Source: Bilabrum cf. latius
Taxonomy: Eukaryota
DNA: 64,000 nt
Direction of reading: 5' to 3'
NCBI GenBank assembly: GCA_965178125.1
Contig: OZ237746.1
Location: forward strand, 1,054,001-1,118,000
This document shows positions 47,601 through 57,576 of this stretch, in pieces. Within the stretch, counting starts at the first letter, position 1, and each line of letters begins with the position of its first letter. Under the pieces are notes generated by a model that saw only the letters and a program-made list of their open reading frames with translations, did no database searches and was not told the origin of the DNA. The position numbers and the translations under genes were made by a program.

Positions 47601-50211
47601 CAGCGGAGCGGGTGGGCCGCGGGAGGAGACCGCGTCCTGGAGCGGCCCCATCGCTGGCCGAGGGGTGGGAGCGGCAGCGGGAGCGGGAGCGGGGACCGGA
47701 GTGCAGCGGGATGGGGCCGACGGCGAGATGCCTCGCCTTGACCTTGTCTCGGGGGCGGCAGGTGCGGGTGCCGGCACCGCCGGGGCGCTGCAGGCCTAGC
47801 AGCAGCAGCAGCTGCCCGCGGCGGTGCTGCGGGTGCTGGGCGGCACGTCCCTGCTGCAGCTGAGCGAGTCGGACAGGGCGCAGATCGTCCGGTGCGGGCA
47901 CCTGCTCAAGAACCGTCCTTCGGCGCTGGGCAAGTACATGAGGAGCGTGGCGTGGGTGGACGGCGCGCAGGCCACCGCCGCCCTGGGTTTCCTGTACCGG
48001 TGGCGCACGTATCCCCGCTCGCAGGCCGCTCTCAACCTTGAGCTGCTGGACGCGGGGTTTGGGAACGCGCACGTGAGGCACGTGGCATGCTCGGGGCTCG
48101 ATTCCATGGGGGACCGCGCCTTCTCCGAGCTTGTTCCCCAGCTGGTGCAGGCCCTCAAGGCCGAGCCGCTGCTGGTGAACTCGACGTGGGACCTGCTGCT
48201 GCGTAGGTCGGTGCGGTCCCCCGCGGTGGTGGGCATGCCCCTCTTCTGGTCGCTGCACGTGGAGGCATCGTCCAAGTCGCTGTGCTACCCCCGCTTCAGC
48301 AGCTACATCGCGCTGCTCTGCGCCGCGCTGCCCGTGTTCGTCCGCCGGATCCTCGCCCAGCAGCTGGACGTGTGGGGCCGCAGGGGCGCCTTCGCGCGGG
48401 TGTGTCTTGCGGTCAAGACCGCCAAGGCGCGGGGGCTCCGGCGGGCCGACGTGTCTGCGCTCGCTCGCCGGCTGTTGCGGAGCGTGGCCCGGCGCCTGCC
48501 CTCCCGCATGGTGCTGCCTCTGGACTGCCGCGTGGTGGTTGGGCGGCTCATCCCCGAGAAGTGCAGGGTCATGGACTCGGCCAAGCTGCCCATCTGGCTC
48601 GTGTTCGAGTCGCCGGGGGACGACGGCGACGAGGACGAGGACGACGAGGACGACGAGCATGCGGAGGACGAGGCCGAGGCGACGAGCAGCGCCCCGGCGA
48701 CCGCTACCGTGGCCAGCGAAGGGGAGGGTAACGGCACCGTCGGCCCGGAAGACGCCGAGCCGGCCCGCGGCGCCGTGCTGGCAGGTACAGGTCTCGCGGC
48801 CCCCGAGCCACCGAGAGATGGAACCCGTGCGCCTGCCTCCGCCTCTGCCTCGATGCAGCCGCGGCCGGGGGGCAGCTGGGCCGAGGCCCGCGTGCAGGAA
48901 GGCATGGCGAGGGCTGCTTCGGCGGACTGGGCGGGGCTTTGGCTCGGTGACAGCGCGCTGGCCGAGGATCTGGTCCGCTTCGAGGCCGACGAGAAGGACC
49001 AAGGGCAGGGACAGGTGCAGGGGCAGGGCCGCCAGCGGTCCACTAGCAGGATCAATCGCATCGTGGGGGACTCTACGGGCAGCGCACGGCGGCTGCGGCG
49101 GCGGCACGACGGCGAGGAGCTGGAGGATGCGGTGCTGGCGGCTCTGCCCGTGGACGGTGACGGTGACGGTGACGGTGCAGGGGCGGAGCGGGCGGGGGCG
49201 GCAGAGGCCGAGACCACCGGCCCGCGAGTGGCTCTGCCAGCTCCAAGGCCGAAAGAGGAGTAGCAGGGCCACGGGAGTGAGCGCAAGGAGGAGGCAGCCG
49301 CTGGAACCCAGACCGGCGCAGCGGGCAACAGCAGTGGCGGCGGGAGCTCTGGCCGGGTCCAGGTCCGCCGGCACCGCAGGCGCCCGGAGGAGCGCGCGGC
49401 GAAGGGCCGCGTGATCATCATCTTCAAGTCCGGGGACGACATCCGCCAGGACACGGTCACGCTGCAGCTGCTCCGGTCCATGAACGGCATGTGGAGGGAG
49501 GCGGGCGTACCGGTGATCCTGACCACGTACAGGTGCGCGCCCACGTGGGACCTGGGTGGGCTGGTGGAGGTGGTGACCAACGCGGACACGGTGGCCACGA
49601 TCCAGACCGAGATGGGAGGCAAGAACACGGGCGCGTTCTCCGACGAGGTCATGCAGAAGTGGATCGAGAAGCACAACGGGCCGGAGGGATCCCCCCGGTT
49701 CGAGGCCGCGAGGGACCGGTTCATCCGGTCCTGCGCGGGCTACTGCGTGGCGACGCACGTGCTGGGGATCGGGGATCGGCACAACGACAACATCATGGTC
49801 AAGCGGACGGCGGAGTTCTTCCACATCGACTTCGGGCACTTCCTGGGGAACAAAAAGTACCAGTTCAACATCCTGAGAGAGAGGACGGCCTTCGTGCTGA
49901 CCCCCGAGATGGCCGTGGCCATGGGGGGGGAGGGCTCCGAGGGGTACGAGCGGTTCCTGCGGCTGTCGTGCGAGGCGCTCCAGGTGCTGCGGAGGAGGGC
50001 GGACGAGCTGGTGAACCTGCTGCTGCTGATGCTGCCCTCTGGCATGCCCGAGCTGAGGTCCAGGGACGACATCGGGTTCGTCTCGGAGATGCTCGCCCTG
50101 GGCCGCTCCGACGAGGAGGCAGCGCTCATGTTCCGCAGCGAGGCCAGCAAGGGACTCAAGGACGTCTTCAAGCGGGTGGACAACCAGATGCACATCCTGG
50201 CACACGCATGA
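37393..50211 (+). CDS. Giant class I-like phosphoinositide 3-kinase (~4272 aa) with C2, PH, helical and kinase domains; 10 in-frame TAG (38539, 38575, 39532, 41518, 41995, 42556, 43714, 44794, 47797, 49261)
   Basis: Ten standard-code ORFs from the track lie in one frame separated only by TAG. RBD-like LVFKFAGVREYL, C2 WLCTRIPLGQVPQESVLLVEI...LADHLGRLRSGRHSVRMWP, PH YGWLRKLG...WKRRWFVL...MDQWIDAI, helical ELVPQLVQALKAE, and kinase KCRVMDSAKLPIWL, IIFKSGDDIRQD, SCAGYCVATHVLGIGDRHNDNIM, FHIDFGHFLG. Stop TGA at 50209. Confidence 0.85.
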
Positions 50212-50808
50212 CTTGGGTTCGCGGTGGAACGGAAGCATGCTCCGTTGGTGCCTGTTGCGCAGGGTAAGGCCCGGGTTCAGACCCAGGCACACAGCAACTC
50301 TAGTGCTGTGGCATGCGTGTGGTGTAGGCCCTCCCCCCCCCCCGCTACGTGATGGTGCGCCAGTGGTGGTGCAGTTGCGGAGGCTCGATGTGGGTGCACT
50401 GCACGGCCCGGAGCCTCACTGCGGCTTTCTAGATGCATGGTCTTCCCGCCAACATAGAAACATGTGTGCCAGTTGAAATTGTCTGCATTTATTCTCACAC
50501 CATGCAGCAAACGAGAAAGTAAGCTGAATCGAAGGCAGTGCCGCCGAGTTTCAGGTAGTGATGAAGTCTGCAAGATAGACACTGCAGCAACAACAAGCAG
50601 TGCATGATTCCCTCGGGCATTCTGGGCGTTGTGGATGCTTGAGTGGTCTACTTGAGACGGGAGCAAAGCTGCATTCCCTCTACATGTTGCCGTGCCGATC
50701 GGGGCGCACGGGCTCACACGCGGTAGTCAGGGCAATTGCCCGGAGCCCATCCCGCACAGAGGCGTTCTCATACCGCGATGATGATGCCCCGGAGGACCAG
50801 TTTTGTCC

Positions 50809-53289
50809 TCACCGACCCCTTTCCAGCGCCTCTAGGATCAGCACGACGCAGTCGTCGTGCTCGCCCAGCACGGCAGCCCGCAGCGCGTCCACCCGAAGGC
50901 GCCGCCCATCGGCTGCTCTCACTTCGCCGCGGCGGGTCAGCCCCCCCGCCAGCACGCCCAGTCGCAGCCGCTTGGCCAGCTCCAAGGGCCTGCCCTCGCT
51001 CGCAGCCTGGAACACCAGCTTGGCATCCCGCTCGGCGTCGCCTCCGCGCCGCCAGCGAGCCAGCCAGCCCCTCCTCCTGCTCGCCTCCCGCCCCAGGATC
51101 TCGTCGCACCGCTTCAAGCAGCCCCGCCAGCCCGCCCGGCCGCGGCCGTGCTTCCTGATCTCACGCACCGCGGCAGAAGGGGGCAGCAGCCCGCCCTCGC
51201 GGTCCTGCTCCAGCAGCGGCTGCAGCACCGCGAGGCACGCACCCGGGCTGTCCGACGCCACCGCGTTGTGCAGGGCCTCCGCGGCGTACGCAAGGACAGC
51301 CCGCCCACGCAGATTGCGGCTGTAAGGGCCATCGAGCATGCGGAGGGCGCATGCAGCGCGAGAAGGTACCGCGGGGAGCTGCATCATCCAGAGGTTGACG
51401 ACCGGGGTGCGGTCGGAGTGGAGCACCTTGCTGAGAGCGTCTCCCGATCCCGATCCCGATCCCGATCCCGATCCCGAGTCACGCGCGCTGCTGCACGGGC
51501 CCAGCATCGGAGCGTGCTGCTGGATGACGCTCGAAAAGGCCCTGTCCCTGCAGGCCTCCCTCAGCACGTCCTTCCTGATAGATCGGATGCAGGGGCATGC
51601 CTGCAGCAGACCCGCCACCATGCCAGGGTCCAGCAGCGGATCTATCATGCAAGGGATGCTCGCCAGCGAGCTGTTCTTGCGCAAGGACTCGTACAGGGCT
51701 TTGCCGTGCACACGTCCCACCCGGTCCGCTGCTGGCCGCGCGCCTGGTTCTATGCTGCCGAGCTCGAGCGACTGCAGGGAGTGGTTGCGCTCCAGCACGT
51801 TGCGCAGAGCGGGGACGCACGCCGCTGCGCAAAAGGCAGAGCCCCTCGTCGTCAGGTCCAGCTCCAGCAGGGTGTCGTTCCCGGCCAGAGCCTCGAGGAT
51901 CCCCGTCGCTGCCCCAGCGGGGATGTGGTGAGAGCGCAGGGTGAGTCGTTCCAAGGTAGAGTTGGACCGTAGGAGGGACGCGAGCGCTTCGCCCCCCCTC
52001 TCTTGCATACTGAACCGGCCCGCGCGCACCTCGAGCAGGGAGCGATTGCCAGCGAGCACCCTGAGAACGGCCTCGGTGTCTTCGTCCGAGCGCGCCACGG
52101 ATGCCAGGTCGAGCGACTGCAGGCAGCAGCTGGCGCTCGCGATGCACGGCGCCAAGGCGTGGCAAGGGCTCCCAGCAGCCGTCGAACTGCCTACTGCACG
52201 GAGCCGAGGCAGGGGGATCACCTTGCGCGGCACGACCAAGGACACGATGCCAGCTCTTTTCCTCCCGATCCCGGCGCTGTCGTTCGTGCAGCACACCCTG
52301 GCGAGGTGCTCAAACGCATCTTCGGCGCGCGCCTGCACTTCGCCCATATCGAGAGTCCTCAGCCGGCTGCGGCTGTCTGGAGACAGCAACCCGTCTGCGA
52401 TGGCCTCGCACAGGTCGAGAAGCGCGGGCATGGCCCATGGACGGGTCCGGCGCTGCGTGCGGCCCGACAGGACCAAGGAAGCGAGGCTCGAGCTGGCGGC
52501 GAGGGCACCCTGCATGGCCGACAAGGCCTCGGGCGTGGAGGGGCGCGCGCTTGTGACTTCCTGCAGGGACGGAGCCGCGCCGATTGACTTCCAGAGGGCC
52601 GCGTCGTCTCCCTCCTTGGCGCCGAGGAGGCTGGCCAGCTTGAGCCGCTGCAGGGTCGGGCACCTGTCCAACGCGACTGCGAGCGCCTCCAGAGGGGCTG
52701 TTCCCGACAGCTCGAGGGACCTTAGAACCGGCGACGAAGCCGCACTTTGTAACAGCCATGGCATGCCTGGGTACGTATGGCGTAGTACGGTAATGCGCAG
52801 CGCAGTCAAGCGCTTCAGGCTCTGCAGCGTCGTGGCGAACAGATGCTGTGAGAACCGAAGATCTGGGGTGCCGTCGCACATCGACTTTGCGGACAGGTCC
52901 AACCGGAGTTTCCTCAAAGAGCCTCGTCTTGCTTTTAGAGCTTGGCACACTTGTGTGGCAGTTGGCGCGCTTGAGTTGGCAGCAAAGTCGAGATCCAACA
53001 CACGCAGTCTTCTGGGATGCTTCGCCAGCTCGATCAGAAATGGATCGTATTCCCCGCGCCTGTTCCCATCAATGATCCCAGAATTCGAAGAAATTTTCAT
53101 AACCTGCAACCTGGACGCCATTGAGGCTACCTGCAAAGCCATTGCCGCATTCTTGTGGCCAATCTCGTCAAGATGAAGCTGGGCTTGGCACACCCGTCTA
53201 AACCCTGCAGGTGCGTCTGCATGCCTTCTCAATTGGCCTCGTGTCGTTAAATGCATAATACACGCATCGTTTCGGTCCCATAATTTCAT
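50809..53289 (-). CDS. Leucine-rich repeat protein (ribonuclease-inhibitor-like repeats) with ankyrin-like C-terminus, 826 aa
   Basis: Repeated LxxLxL and NxxLxxLxL units (LRVLDL, LRSLEL, LQSLDL, NRSLLEV, NSTLERLTL, NDTLLELDL, NHSLQSLEL). The C-terminal ALHNAV and DALRAAVLGEHDDCVVLIL segments resemble ankyrin repeats. Stop TGA. Confidence 0.75.
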   Translation of the reverse strand: MKLWDRNDACIMHLTTRGQLRRHADAPAGFRRVCQAQLHLDEIGHKNAAMALQVASMASRLQVMKISSNSGIIDGNRRGEYDPFLIELAKHPRRLRVLDLDFAANSSAPTATQVCQALKARRGSLRKLRLDLSAKSMCDGTPDLRFSQHLFATTLQSLKRLTALRITVLRHTYPGMPWLLQSAASSPVLRSLELSGTAPLEALAVALDRCPTLQRLKLASLLGAKEGDDAALWKSIGAAPSLQEVTSARPSTPEALSAMQGALAASSSLASLVLSGRTQRRTRPWAMPALLDLCEAIADGLLSPDSRSRLRTLDMGEVQARAEDAFEHLARVCCTNDSAGIGRKRAGIVSLVVPRKVIPLPRLRAVGSSTAAGSPCHALAPCIASASCCLQSLDLASVARSDEDTEAVLRVLAGNRSLLEVRAGRFSMQERGGEALASLLRSNSTLERLTLRSHHIPAGAATGILEALAGNDTLLELDLTTRGSAFCAAACVPALRNVLERNHSLQSLELGSIEPGARPAADRVGRVHGKALYESLRKNSSLASIPCMIDPLLDPGMVAGLLQACPCIRSIRKDVLREACRDRAFSSVIQQHAPMLGPCSSARDSGSGSGSGSGSGDALSKVLHSDRTPVVNLWMMQLPAVPSRAACALRMLDGPYSRNLRGRAVLAYAAEALHNAVASDSPGACLAVLQPLLEQDREGGLLPPSAAVREIRKHGRGRAGWRGCLKRCDEILGREASRRRGWLARWRRGGDAERDAKLVFQAASEGRPLELAKRLRLGVLAGGLTRRGEVRAADGRRLRVDALRAAVLGEHDDCVVLILEALERGR

Positions 53290-53411
53290 GTTGCCGGGGC
53301 CGGGATTCGAATGGTGTGGGAGTCGCCTTCGTGGACTTGGCCTGTCCGGTGATGTGAAGGCTCCGGGTGCGACTCGGACTAGTAGGTTCTCTACTGCTGG
53401 GCCGCAAAGTG

Positions 53412-54506
53412 TTATCTTCCCGCCCCCGATGCCGCCGCAACCCCCCCGGCGCCAGCACCCTTGTCCGCCTCAGCACCGACCACCTCACCGCCCCCACTCT
53501 CGCCTTTGTCCTCTTCCTCGTCCTCATCCTCCCCGTCATCCAGAGCCACCACGCCATCCTCCTCCCCTACCAATGGACCCCCATGGGCATCGCTCGAATC
53601 CTCCGCTCCTGCCGCTGTGCGACCTCCAGCACCATCGCGAGAGTCACCCGCCGCGCCCGATTTACCCCTGCCACCGCCCCTGGCCGCCGCGTCCTCGCCA
53701 AGGCGAGCATCGAGCACTTGCTCCACCGCCAGCAGGAGCGACTCGATCTGGGCCGCCAACACGGCGCCCCGCCGCGCCACCCCTTCGCCAGGTGCCGGCG
53801 CTCGTCCCCCGAGGCCGCCGCTTCCCCTCCTGTCCTCTTCATCGCCCGCGGAGCTGTGCCTCTCCAGCTCGCCGAGCGGTGCGAGCAGCGAGCGGAGCGC
53901 GGGGAGCAGCCGGCGCGCCTCCCAGCGGGCCGATCGGCTTTGCGAGAGGTCCACGGGATCGCTTGCGCCGCTAGAGTCGCGCTCTTCAATCTCTTGGACC
54001 TCCATGAGCAGGTCGGAGGACGCAGAGACCACGCTGTCGGAAGCAGACAGGCCGATCTGGATGTGGCTGCGATCGGCGGATTGGCCGTACAAGCGCGCAA
54101 GCAAGTTCGAGGGTGGGCAAGGGCGATCGTAGGGCAAGGCGCGCGCATCAATCAATGGGGCAATCCCTCACTCTTCGAATCTAGAGGCCAGAAGAGAAGC
54201 AGCCATGGCTGCCATAGGAATCACCCACGCGCTCGGCGTTTCGCAATCCGGCCAGCGCGGCAAGTCCCCGCCTTTTCCTGAAGATCCCGAACCAACGAGT
54301 GAGTACAGGCCATCTGCTACGATGCAGGCGTCTTTCGATGCGGCAATCGTCTTCAAAACGGCAAGAAGTGCAGCCTCTGGGTCCGCAGCAGATACCCAGG
54401 CGCTTGAAGCATGCTGCGCTGCCCTCAGGCGGGCAGACAGCACGGCAACATAACTCGCATGCCCGGATGTAGCGCAGTCACGAAAATCAGCGGCTTCTAC
54501 GCTCAT
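53412..54506 (-). CDS. Hypothetical helical protein with acidic tail; intron 54067-54171
   Basis: Exon 1 MSVEAADF...SRFE joins via GTGAGG...TCGCAG in frame to DHIQIGLSASDSVV... Stop TAA at 53412. The start could instead be 54215. Confidence 0.6.
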
Positions 54507-54639
54507 TGATCCTGACGGGGACAGGCGCCAACGTCCCTTTGCGCAGTTGCCACAGTGCGGTGCGACCAGCTCTCCGGGGTTGCTGCCAACGACAGCAGTT
54601 AGGGAGGAAGGGCAGCACAGATCGCCCGATCTTGGCGGT

Positions 54640-57297
54640 ATGGCAAGCATACTCGACAAATCCGTCGGAGGGGCCGCGCTGCTGCTCCTTTCGACGGTAG
54701 GGCAGCGCATCCTCACCTTTGTTTTGAATGCGTTGATCACGAGGGCCGCTGGGGCCAAAGTTCTAGGATTTGCATCGAATGACATGGAGCTACTTCTTGC
54801 TACGATTTTGTTTATTACTCGGGAGCCTTTTCGGCTGAGTGGGCTGCGGTGTTCGCCTTCGAACCGACGCAGGGCGCAAAGTCTTGTGAACCAATCTTGG
54901 GCGCCCGTACTTGTTGGAACAGTCGCAGTCAAGGTTGCAATTCTAGTCATATTGTTCGGATTTTCGTCGCCTTCCTCTGAGCTGGGGCCGGACTCGGAGG
55001 CGAGCATGACCGAAGCAAGCGCCTCCAGCCAGCGATCCGCGACCGCGCTCATGTTTGTCCTCGGTGCTTGGCTCGAGCTGCTTGCCGAGCCCATGTACAT
55101 CCTCACGTAGTCCGAATTAATGTACGAGCTGCGCGTGCGGGCCGAGGGGCTTGGCGTGCTGCTGAAGAGCGGCCTGGCCTACGCGCTCGTCGTGCACGGT
55201 GGCCTGGGTCCGACCGCCTTTGGGGTGGCGCAGCTGGGCTACGGGGCGGCGGTGCTGGGCGTCTTCCTGTGGCACTTTGCCAGTGGGCGGGCCCGGGGCC
55301 TGCAGAGCATGCAGATGCTTCGATCCAGCCCTGGGGCGCCGGCCGGCACGTTCCTCGGGGTGCCGCTGCCCGCCCCGCTGGAAGGCGGCGAGCAGGTGTA
55401 GGTGCAGGAGGAGGAGGAGCAGAACAGATAGGAGAAGGATGAAGGTGACAGCGAGGTGGAGACGGATGGACAGCGACATGAGGTTGGCAAGGACAATGGG
55501 GCCGCCCCTGGCTGGGTGCTGGCTCTGTCCCCCCTGTGGGCCCCCTGGGTGGACCGTAGGGACGCGGGGCTCATCGGGGCGCTGTCGCTGGAGGGGTTGG
55601 CCAAGCACTTCATCACGCAGGGGGACAGGATCGTGCTGCTGGCCTCGGCGGACGAGGAGACGAGGGGCCTCTGGGCGGTGGTCTCGAGCTACGGGAGCCT
55701 TGCCCCCCGGCTGCTGTTCCAGTCCATCGAGGAAGCAGCCAGGGGGCTCTTCGGGAGGATCGCGGCGGAAACGGAGGGAACAGAGAGAGGGATGAAGCAA
55801 GAGATAGAGCAAGAGAATGGGGAGGATGCGGGGAGTGGAGAGGGCGGCGCGGCAGACTAGGAAGGTTAGGAACAAGAGAAGGGCAAGGAGGCCGCCGAGG
55901 GATTGACAAGGGCCGCCGAGGTAAGCACTACCGCCAGCGCCAATGCTAATGTCAATGCCAGGACAAACAGCAACACTCGCTCGAGCCGCATGGCGGGTGC
56001 GCTGGAGATCGTGATGTGGACCGTGTCTCTGGTGGGGCTGCTCTTCGTGGCCCTGGGCAGCAGCTACACCGAGCTGGCCACCAATGTAGTCCTGGGGCCG
56101 CGGTTCCCCCACAGCGGGACGATGCTGTCGTACTACTGCCTGTACGTGCTCTTCATGGCCATCAACGGGGCGCTGGAGAGCTTCGTGCACGCCGTGGCCT
56201 CGCACGAGTACATCGCGAGCCTGGCGTGGCAGCTGGCTCTGTCCTCTGCACTCTTCGCGGGTGCCTCCACGCTGGCGCTGCGAGCCGGCGGGGGCATCGT
56301 GGGCGTGGTGCTGGCGAACTGCTTCGCCACTGCGGTGAGGATCGGCTTCGCGCTGTGGTTTGTGGCGGGGTGGTTCGGGCGGAGTGCCAGTGCCAGTGCC
56401 AGTGCCAGTGCCAGTGGAAGGGAGGAGGGGCAGGGAGACAGGGGCGGGGTAGATGAGGCGGGTAGAAGCCGCGATAGTGGTGAGGAGGATGGGAGTGGCG
56501 GACATAAGAACAAGGCTGCTGCACGAAGCGATGGTGCGGGGACTGGCGAGGACGTGGGCGATGCAGGCAGCGCGAGTAGAAAGGACGGTGAGGATGGCAC
56601 CGGGTCGAGGCAGAGGCAGAGGTCGGGATCGAGGTCAGGGGGGGATACGCGAGGTACAGCCCCGGCTCAGGACAAGGACAAGGACAAGGACAAGGACAAG
56701 GACGAGGGCAGGACCCCGCCACGGTCGCTTTCAATGGGCCGCTTGCTGCCCTCCTTTCCCACCCTGCTCGCGATCGTCGCTGCGTTCTGCACCACGCACG
56801 CGTCCTGGGTCTGGTTCAGGGAGCCGGATCCGTGGGCGCTGGGCCCCGACGGTGGGGTCGGTGGCAGCGCCGAAGCTGCTGCTGCTGCTGCTGCTGCTGC
56901 TGCGCTGCACACCCCCTTCGGCGCGTGGGCCAGTCCCGCGCGCCCTGTTCTAGCTCGCATGGCGGCCAGCGGCATCCGGGGGCTCCCCGAGCCGCCACCG
57001 GGGTGCGGGTGCTGCCAAGAGAGCGGGTGTATTGTTCCCTGGAAGTAGACGGAGATAGGGGCAGATTTGTCTGAGGGCCGGCGGGAGGGCGAGAGCGGTG
57101 GATAGGGCGGCGAGCATCAGTGGGGGCAGCCCCTGCACACCGCCCGGGGGTCCTGGTGGGGCTGCAGGCTGCGGCACCTGGCAGTGGGAGCGGGCGCGTT
57201 CGGCCTAGTGGCGATGTCGCTGCTGCTGAACGACAGGCAGAGGGTGCTGGACTCGGCGAGGGCGCTGCGAGAGGGCAGGCAGGCTGCCAGGGGGTGA
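54640..57297 (+). CDS. RFT1: RFT1 (Man5GlcNAc2-PP-dolichol translocation protein, MOP superfamily), ~885 aa; 7 in-frame TAG (55108, 55399, 55429, 55858, 55867, 57046, 57103)
   Basis: RILTFVLNALITR, TILFITREPFR, LELLAEPMYILT*SELMYELRVRAE, KHFITQGDR, YGSLAPRLLFQSIEE, LSYYCLYVLFMAINGALESFVHA and GVVLANC. The final TM RLRHLAVGAGAFGLV follows the last two TAGs. Stop TGA at 57295. Confidence 0.92.
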
Positions 57298-57576
57298 GTG
57301 AGTGAGCGAGGGGATGGATGCAGACGAGACGAGACGAATGGAGAGGAAGAGAGCCGGGCTGGGCCCCATGGTGTCTCTGGAGGCAACGAGAGGTCATGCG
57401 AGCCGATGCGATGTGGTGGACAGACCGCGTGTGGGCAGACTGCGAGAGAGGTGACAGACACGTGTGAGAGCAATCCAATCCAATCCAAGGCTGTGCAAAG
57501 CTCGCCTCAGGGAGGGGGGGAGTCGCCCGCCGCCCCCAGCCGACGGAGCCAAGCCCACACCGGGAACCGAGTCGGG

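Noticed and set aside
47209-50292. Long antisense or off-frame ORFs (47209..50292 -, 56816..59578 -, 25965..28487 -, 34228..36666 -, 11069..13171 + and similar)
   Set aside because: These are shadow ORFs of real genes in high-GC sequence, with Arg/Pro/Gly-rich translations and no recognisable motifs.
5341-57105. Programmed readthrough, pyrrolysine or UAG=Leu
   Set aside because: There is no shared 3' context, up to 10 sites per gene, and a TAG TAG doublet. Sites lie in polar or Gln-rich tracts and on a conserved Gln column. Pyrrolysine is not known in eukaryotes.
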